Source: Phyllobates terribilis
Lineage: Eukaryota
Assembly (NCBI RefSeq): GCF_046119375.1
Contig: NW_027362767.1
Span: forward strand, 51,460,001 to 51,524,000
Direction: 5' to 3'
Length of the DNA stretch: 64,000 nucleotides
The notes under the pieces are model-generated. The model saw only the letters and a program-made list of their open reading frames with translations. It was not told the origin of the DNA and ran no database searches. Shown here one piece after another: positions 24,757-35,500 of the stretch. The translations under genes and the position numbers were made by a program. Position 1 is the stretch's first letter. Every line of letters starts with the position of its first letter.

Positions 24757-25978
24757 TGTAGCACCCCGAGGACTCGGCTGCTGCAGGAGTGTTGCACCTC
24801 GAACCAGAGGTGTGATATTCCACTCCCGGGTAAGGATGGAGTGTGGAGCGGGGCTCAGTTAGCTGCATACACTACACTCACCCCATTTCCGGGGGACAGA
24901 TCTACGGTACTCCCACCAGATAGATGTGCAGGTACGACAGCGTCTGTCCCTGGCTGGAGTGGGAAGGGGGGAGGAATATCCCAGTGGTGTAGGAGCAGAG
25001 AGGGGAGGGACTCTGGGCATAGGTAGGAGCCCATTGGGTGCTAGTCACCTGGGCTCGGGTGTCAGAAGGAAGTATAAAAAGGTGGGCACCATCTAGGAGG
25101 AGGGGGGAGTTCAGTCTGGAGGAGAAGCAGAGAGAGTTCAGCCAGAGAGGGCTGACAGGGAGCTGTGGCTCAGTCCGGGCCCAGCTCCGGAACAGGAACA
25201 CAGGGAAAGGCCCAGAGACGCAAGTAAAGAGGGAACCCTAAGATCCCACGAGATAACGGGTGAAGGGTTGGCCGAGTAGGGTACCGGATCCCAAACTGGT
25301 GGAGGCCAATTATCCTTAGCCAGGAACCGGAGGTCGTGGTCAAGTCTTGGCGCGACCCCTCGCCATATCCACCAGGAAGGCACGCCATATAGGGTCAGGG
25401 AAATCGGGAGAGGTTTCGCCGCCAGAAGGCCTGAGGAAGCCGGACAGAGGTGGGTCCCTGGTGGGGACGGCCAGTAGAGAGGAAGAGAAGGGAGCTCTGA
25501 ACCACGCTCTGGAATTGCCTGGGAGTTGGCCGAGTCCCGCACCTGGTGGGCGCAGCACGGCTCGGGTGGTCACTCTCGGCCGAAGTGACCGGAGCAACAA
25601 CTGTGAGTAAAGCTTTGGAAACTGCACCACACGTCTCTGAGGTTCCTTGTCGCACCAGCACCATTAGTGCGGGAACTACCACAACACCACTATCATCATT
25701 ACCCGCTTCACCTGCTGCCCTGAGGCTATACCTCTCCCGTTGGGGGTTGTTCCAACTACGCTGCACAACCATACCACCGGCCTCAGCGGTCTGCCCTGCA
25801 GCGGCGGTTTCATAACCGCATTCAACGGGTGGCGTAGTCGAACACTATAACCTCTTATACTAAATTCTGCCACTTGGTTTGACACCCTGGGCACGGACCG
25901 GATCGTCGCCACGAGGACTACTACCCCTATCAGATCCGGCTCCGGGTATTCCCCGAGCATGGCCCAGGGGGCGCGTCA
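24757..25978 (+). repeat. 5' LTR
   Basis: Direct repeat of 28371-29592 with 4 C/T differences seen by eye. Contains ATTGG (25033-25037), TATAAAAA (25073-25080) and AGTAAA (25606-25611). Confidence 0.96.
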
Positions 25979-27749
25979 ACTTTGGCGTAGTCGGCAGGAT
26001 CTCGTGCCCGCAACCACCGGGTACTGCGTGCCTGAAGAAAAGTTCACATGTACCTCAAAAAGAAGTCTCCTGCCAATTCCAGAGGATTCCCGCCATCGGA
26101 CGCCATCTCGGGTCGTTTCCCGCCGTTTGCCCGCCATCCGCGGAGTTTCCCGCCATCAGGGGACGACTCCCGCCATCTTGGACGTTTTCCCGCCTTGGCA
26201 GAGCGGACGCCATTGTGGGGGTGCCAGAGGGTGGCAAGAGGCCACCTCCCATCGTGGGCATGGTCCCAGAGTGGCGCCAAAGGAGGAGACCGCCCCCACC
26301 AGCCGAGACTGCAACAATGGAGATGCCATCAGAGTGGGGGGGCTGCCCCTGAAACTGACTGTCGCTAAGTTGCCCCGGGGCCACTCCCAATGGGGGCGGA
26401 TGGGGAACAAAACTGAGGGGCTGGGCGCGGCCTGGATCAATCTGGACAGACCGCACCCGGAGATGGAGGAAGCATCGAGCAGTGCCGACCCCGTGGTCCG
26501 GAGCCTGCTGCAGGCCGCCACCCCAGACAGCCTGGTGGAGATCCTGGCACAGCTCCCCAGAGAACGGGAGCGGGCACAGGCTGCGCTGGAGGACTTGGCC
26601 CGGAAGATGGCCCGAGCGCAGCAGGAAGCGCTGGCCGAATGGAGAAGGGAGATGGCCCGGCAGGCTGGAACCCGCCAGCAGGGGGCGCTACCCGCAACGT
26701 GGAGCATGTCTGCCCCTGAGGATGGTGCAGGAGGGACGAAGGCCGGAGACGCCGCCGCGGAGGGAGCCGCAGGGATGGAAGCAGGTAATGGGGACGTCAT
26801 TACCCCGAGCCGAGTAGCCGTAAGCCTGCCCCAGCTCCCCGTCGCAGAGCCCGAAGTCCTACTCACCGCGCCCGTTGCCGCACCGCCACTGCCCCCAACT
26901 AGGCCTCAAGCGGCAGGAGCCGCGGTCACGCCCCCTTTCACGCCCCGCCCCTCGACCCTGAGCGCGGCAAAACAGGAAGTGCCACCGGCCTGGTCGCAAG
27001 GCCTGGTGAACCCGGGCGCCGCTGCCCCCACAGCGCCCTCCACCTCCACAGTGCCACCCCTGGGCGCAGATCTCTTCGCGCAACATACCAGCCCGGACGG
27101 GCTGCCCTTCGTGTGACCACCGGAGTACATCAACCCCCGACTCCGGAGGGAACGGCCCCTGTGTGAGCCTCTGATCCCGGCCCCGGCGCCCGCCAAAATT
27201 GCTCCGCTCCCGTTAGAGGACGCCCAATTTGAATGGGATCCGACCGGTGAGAACCTCATGGGGTTCACCCAGGAGACCCGGGCGGACGCAGCCCGGCGTG
27301 AGGAGTGCTGCCGTCAACAGCTGGAGGTCTTTGGAAGAGAACGGCGAGAGAGGCGGATCCGCGAGGAACAGCTGCAGGCCCGAAGCGCGGAACAGAAGCG
27401 TAGGGCCCGACAAAACCCCCGTACGGCCCACGGTCCCCGCGCCAACGGGACCGTAATAAAGTTCCAGCTAGAGCATGGCTGGGGCTTTATCCGGGACCAC
27501 CGAGCTCCCGGCGACGTCTTTGTTACCCGCAGGGATGTCGAGAGCCACCTACCTGAAGGACACCGTGGACGTGATCTCTACCCGGGTGACGTGGTCACCT
27601 TCACCCGGCATGAGTGTGCCAAGGGGCCGTACGCCCTTCACGTACACCGGCTAACTGAGGAGGAGTTGCAGTACGAGGAAAGCCAAGAGGACCCGGACGG
27701 GTCTGAAGACTACCCTCAGGAGGGAGCACAGAGAGGACATAGCTACTGA
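25959..27749 (+). CDS. LTR-element ORF: coiled-coil and Pro/Ala-rich region followed by a C-terminal cold-shock domain and acidic tail; one internal in-frame TGA at 27114-27116
   Basis: ORFs 25959-27116 and 27258-27749 share a frame, and 27117-27257 is open (47 codons). CSD at about 27441-27653: GTVIKFQLEHGWGFIRDHRAPGDVFVTRRDV...LYPGDVVTFTRHECAKGPYALHV, with RNP1 (GWGFI) and RNP2 (DVFV) like YBX1/CspA. The true start may be ATG 26400 or 26463. Confidence 0.75.
25983..26000 (+). promoter_or_regulatory. Primer-binding site complementary to the 3' end of tRNA-Ser
   Basis: TGGCGTAGTCGGCAGGAT, separated from the LTR terminal CA by a 4-nt spacer, is the reverse complement of ATCCTGCCGACTACGCCA, the 3' 18 nt of vertebrate tRNA-Ser(AGA/TGA) as I recall it. 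Confidence 0.9.
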
Positions 27750-28361
27750 AGGGAAGTAGCGTGAACGGAGGACTGTATATAGTTACCCGTTAGGGTACCC
27801 GACCTGCTGCCAATTGAACTGTGGTCCCCGTTGGGACTGTTTTGAAACTGTTGACTGGTTTGCCCTAATCCCTAACCTGGTTGGGGACTGAGAACAGCCA
27901 CCCTTTGTTTTATTGGGCCGAGGACTGTGAGCGGCCATATCCCTTGTACATAGTTGCGCTTCCTTAAGCGCCCCTTACTGGTTTTATAAGAACTGTTTTT
28001 CTACCTCGGAATTAGTGACTGTTGCACTTTACCTGGTCACAAGTTGCGCCGTGGCCAGAGATCAAGAATGTGTTTGTGAAGAACGTTTTATATGAGAATG
28101 TTTTACTTGAAAAAGTTTTATATTGAAAGTTTAAATGCTGCTAGAATAATAATGTAAAAGTTATCTGTGATGTTCTATAATGTGTTATATGCTAAAAGAG
28201 TTCCGGTAGTTTTGACCAGTAACGTTAAAGAGAAAAGGACCTCCCATCAAGGGATGATTGAAAAGTTGATATATCTTATATGTAAGTGTACACTTTAAAA
28301 TTTTTGTATGTTTACTATTGTCTTTGCTCTTTTCCAGCCCGAGGACGTGCTGTGATTTACC

Positions 28362-28370
28362 AGGGGGGAA
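28362..28370 (+). promoter_or_regulatory. Polypurine tract
   Basis: AGGGGGGAA immediately 5' of the TG of the 3' LTR. Confidence 0.9.
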
Positions 28371-29592
28371 TGTAGCACCCCGAGGACTCGGCTGCTGCAG
28401 GAGTGTCGCACCTCGAACCAGAGGTGTGATATTCCACTCCCGGGTAAGGATGGAGTGTGGAGCGGGGCTCAGTTAGCTGCATACACTACACTCACCCCAT
28501 TTCCGGGGGACAGATCTACGGTACTCCCACCAGATAGATGTGCAGGTACGACAGCGTCTGTCCCTGGCTGGAGTGGGAAGGGGGGAGGAATATCCCAGTG
28601 GTGTAGGAGCAGAGAGGGGAGGGACTCTGGGCATAGGTAGGAGCCCATTGGGTGCTAGTCACCTGGGTTCGGGTGTCAGAAGGAAGTATAAAAAGGTGGG
28701 CACCATCTAGGAGGAGGGGGGAGTTCAGTCTGGAGGAGAAGCAGAGAGAGTTCAGCCAGAGAGGGCTGACAGGGAGCTGTGGCTCAGTCCGGGCCCAGCT
28801 CCGGAACAGGAACACAGGGAAAGGCCCAGAGACGCAAGTAAAGAGGGAACCCTAAGATCCCACGAGATAACGGGTGAAGGGTTGGCCGAGCAGGGTACCG
28901 GATCCCAAACTGGTGGAGGCCAATTATCCTTAGCCAGGAACCGGAGGTCGTGGTCAAGTCTTGGCGCGACTCCTCGCCATATCCACCAGGAAGGCACGCC
29001 ATATAGGGTCAGGGAAATCGGGAGAGGTTTCGCCGCCAGAAGGCCTGAGGAAGCCGGACAGAGGTGGGTCCCTGGTGGGGACGGCCAGTAGAGAGGAAGA
29101 GAAGGGAGCTCTGAACCACGCTCTGGAATTGCCTGGGAGTTGGCCGAGTCCCGCACCTGGTGGGCGCAGCACGGCTCGGGTGGTCACTCTCGGCCGAAGT
29201 GACCGGAGCAACAACTGTGAGTAAAGCTTTGGAAACTGCACCACACGTCTCTGAGGTTCCTTGTCGCACCAGCACCATTAGTGCGGGAACTACCACAACA
29301 CCACTATCATCATTACCCGCTTCACCTGCTGCCCTGAGGCTATACCTCTCCCGTTGGGGGTTGTTCCAACTACGCTGCACAACCATACCACCGGCCTCAG
29401 CGGTCTGCCCTGCAGCGGCGGTTTCATAACCGCATTCAACGGGTGGCGTAGTCGAACACTATAACCTCTTATACTAAATTCTGCCACTTGGTTTGACACC
29501 CTGGGCACGGACCGGATCGTCGCCACGAGGACTACTACCCCTATCAGATCCGGCTCCGGGTATTCCCCGAGCATGGCCCAGGGGGCGCGTCA
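28371..29592 (+). repeat. 3' LTR
   Basis: Same length as the 5' LTR, ends GCGCGTCA and is followed by TSD GTAG. Confidence 0.96.
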
Positions 29593-29806
29593 GTAGTATA
29601 TGGGCACAATAACGTTCTCGTATAAAGCCTTTTATGCGGCTTTATAGGTGCATAAATACGGCAGCACCAGGGGTCCTCAGAATGCCCCCGGGGGCCACAT
29701 TTACACATCAGCGCTCTGTGACTGCGGGGGCATCTAAACGGTTAATCAGCAGTGATCAGCGCTTGCTCAGGTCGCTGCTTTTAGAGGCAGATGCTGGAAG
29801 TATTAG

Positions 29807-32167
29807 AGGAGTACAGGTAGAGGGGAGTACGAGTACAGGTAGAGGGGAGTACGAGTACAGGGGGAGTGCGTGTACAGGTAGAGGGGAGTGCGTGTACAGG
29901 TAGAGGGGAGTACGAGTACAGGTAGAGGGGGGAGGTGTACAGGTAGAGGGGAGTACGAGTACAGGGGGAGTGCGTGCACAGGTAGAGGGGAGGTGTACAG
30001 GTAGAGGGGGAGTACGAGTACAGGGGGAGTGCGTGTACAGGTAGAGAGGGGAGGTGTACAGGTAGAGGGGAGTACGAGTACAGGTAGAGGGGGAGGTGTA
30101 CAGGTAGAGGGGGAGTACGAGTACAGTGGGAGTGCGTGTACAGGCAGAGAGGGGAGGTGTACAGGTAGAGGGGGGGTACGAGTACAGGTAGAAGGGGGAG
30201 GTGTACAGGTAGAGGGGGAGTACGAGTACAGGTAGAGGGGAGAGGTGTACAGGTACAGGGGGAGTGCGTGTACAGGGGGAGTGCGTGTACAGGCAGAGAG
30301 GGGAGGTGTACAGGTAGAGGGGGGAGTACGAGTACAGGTAGAGGGGGGAGGTGTACAGGTAAAGGGGGAGTACGAGTACAGGTAGAAGGGGGAGGTGTAC
30401 AGGTAGAAGGGGGAGTACGAGTACAGGTAGAGGGGAGTACGAGTACAGGTAGAGGTGTACAGGTAGAGGGGGAGTACGAGTACAGGGGGAGTGCGTGTAC
30501 AGGTAGAGAGGGGAGGTGTACAGGTAGAGGGAGTACAAGTACAGGTAGAGGGGAGGAGGTGTACAGGTAGAGAGGGAGTACAAGTACAGGTAGAGGGGAG
30601 TACGAGTACAGGTAGAGGGGGAGGTGTACAGGTAGAGGGGGAGTACGAGTACAGGGGGAGTGCGTGTACAGGCAGAGAGGGGAGTACGAGTACAGGTAGA
30701 GGGGGAGTACGAGTACAGGTAGAGGGGGGAGGTGTACAGGTAGAGGGGGAGTACGAGTACAGGTAGAAGGGGAGGTGTACAGGTAGAGGGGGAGTACAAG
30801 TACAGGTAGAGGGGAGTACGAGTACAGGTAGAGGGGGGAGGTGTACAGGTAGAGAGGGAGTACAAGTACAGGTAGAGGGGGAGGTGTACAGGTAGAGAGG
30901 GAGTACAAGTACAGGTAGAGGGGGAGGTGTACAGGTAGAGGGGAGTACGAGTACAGCTAGAAGGGGGAGGTGTACAGGTAGAGGGGGAGTACGAGTACAG
31001 GGGGAGTGCGTGTACAGGTAGAGAGGGAGTACAAGTACAGGTAGAGGGGAGTACGAGTACAGGTAGAGGGGGAGGTGTACAGGTAGAGGGGGAGTACGAG
31101 TACAGGGGGAGTGCGTGTACAGGTAGAGAGGGAGTACAAGTACAGGTAGAGGGGAGTACGAGTACAGGTAGAGGGGGGAGGTGTACAGGTAGAGGGGGAG
31201 TACGAGTACAGGTAGAGGTGTACAGGTAGAGGGGGAGTACGAGTACAGGTAGAGGGGGAGGTGTACAGGTAGAGGGGGAGTACGAGTACAGGTAGAAGGG
31301 GAGGTGTACAGGTAGAGGGGGAGTACAAGTACAGGTAGAGGGGGGAGGTGTACAGGTAGAGAGGGAGTACAAGTACAGGTAGAGGGGGAGGTGTACAGGT
31401 AGAGGGGAGTACGAGTACAGGTAGAAGGGGGAGGTGTACAGGTAGAGTACGAGTACAGGTAGGGGGGGAGGTGTACAGGTAGAGGGGAGTACGAGTACAG
31501 GTAGAAGGGGGAGGTGTACAGGTAGAGGGGGAGTACGAGTACAGGTAGGGGGGGAGGTGTACAGGTAGAGTACGAGTACAGGGGGAGTGCGTGTACAGGT
31601 AGAGAGGGGAGGTGTACAGGTAGAGGTGTACAGGTAGAGGGGAGTACGTGTACAGGTAGAGGGGGGAGGTGTACAGGTAGAGGTGAGTACGAATACAGGT
31701 AGAGGAGAGGTGTACAGGTAGAGGGGAGTACGAGTACAGGTAGAGGGGAGTACGAGTACAGGTAGAGAGGAGTACATATACAGGTAGAGGGGGAGTACGA
31801 GTACAGGTAGAGGGGGAGTACGAGTACAGGTAGAGGGGGAGTACGAGTACAGGTAGAGGGGGAGTACGAGTACAGGGGGAATGCGTGTACAGGTAGAGAG
31901 GGGAGGTGTACAGGTAGAGGGGGAGTACGAGTACAGGGGGAGTGCGTGTACAGGTAGAGAGGGGAGGTGTACAGGTAGAGGGGAGTACGAGTACAGGTAG
32001 AGGGGAGTACGAGTACAGGTAGAGGGGAGTACGAGTACAGGTAGAGGGGAGTACGAGTACAGGTAGAGGGGGGTGTACAGGTAGAGAGGAGTATGAGTAC
32101 AGGTAGAGGGGAGGTGTACAGGTAGGTTGAGGGGAGGAGTACAGGTAGAGTGGAGGAGTACAGGTAG
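29807..32167. repeat. Purine-rich modular satellite, block 1
   Basis: Shuffled modules GTACAGGTAGAGGGG(G)A, GTACGA/GTACAA, GGT and GTGCGT. The plus strand is strongly G/A biased. Confidence 0.95.
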
Positions 32168-32545
32168 GCATTCAACGGGTGGCGTAGTCGAACACTATAA
32201 CCTCTTATACTAAATTCTGCCACTTGGTTTGACACCCTGGGCACGGACCGGATCGTCGCCACGAGGAGTACTACCCCTATCAGATCCGGCCAGGGTATTC
32301 CCCGAGCATGGCCCAGGGGGCGCGTCAGTAGTATATGGGCACAATAACGTTCTCGTATAAAGCCTTTTATGCGGCTTTATAGGTGCATAAATACGGCAGC
32401 ACCAGGGGTCCTCAGAATGCCCCCGGGGGCCACATTTACACATCAGCGCTCTGTGACTGTGGGGGCATCTAAACGGTTAATCAGCAGTGATCAGCGCTTG
32501 CTCAGGTCGCTGCTTTTAGAGGCAGATGCTGGAAGTATTAGAGGA
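32168..32545 (+). repeat. Tandem-duplicated copy of the 3' LTR tail (161 bp) plus about 215 bp of flank
   Basis: Matches 29432-29810 with about 3-4 differences. Repeats the LTR end GCGCGTCA (32327) and TSD GTAG. Confidence 0.93.
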
Positions 32546-35500
32546 GTACAGGTAGAGGGGAGTGCGTGTACAGGTAGAGGGGAGTGCGTGTACAGGTAGA
32601 GGGGAGTACAAGTACAGGTAGAGGGGAGTACAAGTACAGGTAGAGGGGAGTACGAGTACAGGTAGAGGGGAGTACGAGTACAGGTAGAGGGGAGTACAAG
32701 TACAGGTAGAGGGGGGAGGTGTACGAGTACAGGGGGAGTGCGTGCACAGGTAGAGGGGAGTACAAGTACAGGTAGAGGGGAGTACAAGTACAGGTAGAGG
32801 GGGAGTACGAGTACAGGGGGAGTGCGTGTACAGGTAGAGGGGAGTACGAGTACAGGGGGAGTGCGTGTACAGGTAGAGAGGGGAGGTGTACAGGTAGAGA
32901 GGGAGTACGAGTACAGGTAGAGGGGAGTACAAGTACAGGTAGAGGGGAGTACGAGTACAGGTAGAGGGGAGTACGAGTACAGGTAGAGGGGAGTACGAGT
33001 ACAGGGGGAGTGCGTGCACAGGTAGAGGGGAGGTGTACAGGTAGAGGGGAGTACGAGTACAGGTAGAGGTGTACAGGTAGAGGGGGAGTACGAGTACAGG
33101 TAGAGGGGGAGTACGAGTACAGGTAGAGGTGTACAGGTAGAGGGGGAGTACGAGTACAGGGGGAGTGCGTGTACAGGGGGAGTACGTGTACAGGCAGAGA
33201 GGGGAGGTGTACAGGTAGAGGGGGGAGTACGAGTACAGGTAGAGGGGGGAGGTGTACAGGTAGAGGGGGAGTACGAGTACAGGTAGAAGGGGGAGGTGTA
33301 CAGGTAGAGGGGGAGTACGAGTACAGGTAGAGGGGAGTACGAGTACAGGTAGAGGTGTACAGGTAGAGGGGGAGTACGAGTACAGGGGGAGTGCGTGTAC
33401 AGGTAGAGAGGGGAGGTGTACAGGTAGAGAGGGAGTACAAGTACAGGTAGAGGGGAGGAGGTGTACAGGTAGAGAGGGAGTACAAGTACAGGTAGAGGGG
33501 AGTACGAGTACAGGTAGAGGGGGAGGTGTACAGGTAGAGGGGGAGTACAGGCAGAGAGGGGAGGTGTACAGGTAGAGGGGGAGTACGAGTACAGGTAGAG
33601 GGGGAGTACGAGTACAGGTAGAAGGGGAGGTGTACAGGTAGAGGGGGAGTACAAGTACAGGTAGAGGGGAGTACGAGTACAGGTAGAGGGGGGAGGTGTA
33701 CAGGTAGAGAGGGAGTACAAGTACAGGTAGAGGGGAGTACAAGTACAGGTAGAGGGGAGTACGAGTACAGGTAGAGGGGGGAGGTGTACAGGTAGAGAGG
33801 GAGTACAGGCAGAGAGGGGAGGTGTACAGGTAGAGGGGGAGTACGAGTACAGGTAGAGGGGGAGTACGAGTACAGGTAGAAGGGGAGGTGTACAGGTAGA
33901 GGGGGAGTACAAGTACAGGTAGAGGGGAGTACGAGTACAGGTAGAGGGGGGAGGTGTACAGGTAGAGAGGGAGTACAAGTACAGGTAGAGGGGGAGGTGT
34001 ACAGGTAGAGAGGGAGTACAAGTACAGGTAGAGGGGGAGGTGTACAGGTAGAGGTGTACAGGTAGAGGGGAGTACGAGTACAGCTAGAAGGGGGAGGTGT
34101 ACAGGTAGAGGGGGAGTACGAGTACAGGGGGAGTGCGTGTACAGGTAGAGAGGGAGTACAAGTACAGGCAGAGAGGGGAGGTGTACAGGTAGAGGGGGAG
34201 TACGAGTACAGGTAGAGGTGGAGTACGAGTACAGGTAGGGGGGGAGGTGTACAGGTAGAGTGGGAGTACGAGTACAGGTAGAGGTGTACAGGTAGAGGGG
34301 GAGTACGAGTACAGGTAGAGGGGGAGTATGAGTACAGGTAGAAGGGGAGGTGTACAGGTAGAGGGGGAGTACAAGTACAGGTAGAGGGGGGAGGTGTACA
34401 GGTAGAGAGGGAGTACAAGTACAGGTAGAGGGGGGAGGTGTACAGGTAGAGAGGGAGTACAAGTACAGGTAGAGGGGGAGGTGTACAGGTAGAGGGGAGT
34501 ACGAGTACAGGTAGAAGGGGGAGGTGTACAGGTAGAGTACGAGTACAGGTAGGGGGGGAGGTGTACAGGTAGAGGGGAGTACGAGTACAGGTAGAAGGGG
34601 GAGGTGTACAGGTACAGGGGGAGTGCGTGTACAGGTAGAGAGGGGAGGTGTACAGGTAGAGGTGTACAGGTAGAGGGGAGTACGTGTACAGGTAGAGGGG
34701 GGAGGTGTACAGGTAGAGGTGAGTACGAATACAGGTAGAGGAGAGGTGTACAGGTAGAGGGGAGTACGAGTACAGGTAGAGAGGAGTACATATACAGGTA
34801 GAGGGGAGTACGAGTACAGGTAGAGTACGAGTACAGGTAGAGGGGGAGTACGAGTACAGGTAGAGGGGGAGTACGAGTACAGGGGGAGTGCGTGTACAGG
34901 TAGAGAGGGGAGGTGTACAGGTAGAGGGGAGTACGAGTACAGGTAGAGAGGAGGATGAGTATAGGTAGAGGGGAGGTGTACAGGTAGGTTGAGGGGAGGA
35001 GTACAGGTAGAGTGGAGGAGTACAGGTAGGTAGAGGGGAGGTGTACAGGTAGAGTGGAGTACAGGTAGATAGAGAGGAGGTGTACAGGTAGAGGGGGAGG
35101 TGTACAGGTAGGTAGAGGATTACAGGTAGAGGGGTACAGGTGGGTAGAGAGGTGTACAGGTAGAGTGGAGAGGAGGTGTACAGGTAGAGTGGAGGTGTAC
35201 AGGTAGGTAGAGGGGGAGGTGTACAGGTAGGTAGAAGGGAGGAGTACAGGTAGGTAGAGGGGAGGATTACAGGTAGAGGAGTACAGGTAGGTAGAGGGGA
35301 GGAGTACAGGTAGAGTGGAGGTGTACAGGTAGAAGGAAGGTGTACAGATAGGTAGATGGGAGGATTACAGGTAGAGGTGTACAGGTAGGTAGAAGGAAGG
35401 TGTACAGATAGGTAGAGGGGAGTAGGAGTACAGGTAGAGTGGAGGTGTACAGGTAGGTAGAGGGGAGGTGTGAAGGTAGAGGGGAGTATGAGTACAGGTA

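Larger units (their letters stand above)
24757..29592 (+). mobile_element. Non-autonomous LTR retroelement (probably Ty3/Gypsy-mobilised), 4836 bp, encoding a cold-shock-domain protein and no pol
   Basis: Two 1222-bp LTRs (24757-25978, 28371-29592) with TG...CA ends, 4-bp TSD GTAG (24753-56, 29593-96), PBS 25983-26000 and PPT 28362-28370. The internal region is only 2392 bp. Confidence 0.96.

Noticed and set aside
24841-26866. Numerous 60-236 aa ORFs on both strands of the LTR and antisense to the element ORF
   Set aside because: Expected shadows of GC-rich sequence, duplicated simply because the LTR is duplicated. No recognisable motifs.
27441-27653. Interpretation of the cold-shock domain as bacterial contamination or a processed YBX/LIN28 pseudogene
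   Set aside because: It sits between intact LTRs with PBS, PPT and TSD in continuous vertebrate DNA. It lacks the YBX Arg-rich tail, the LIN28 CCHC knuckles and any polyA remnant, and is far too diverged for a recent retrocopy.
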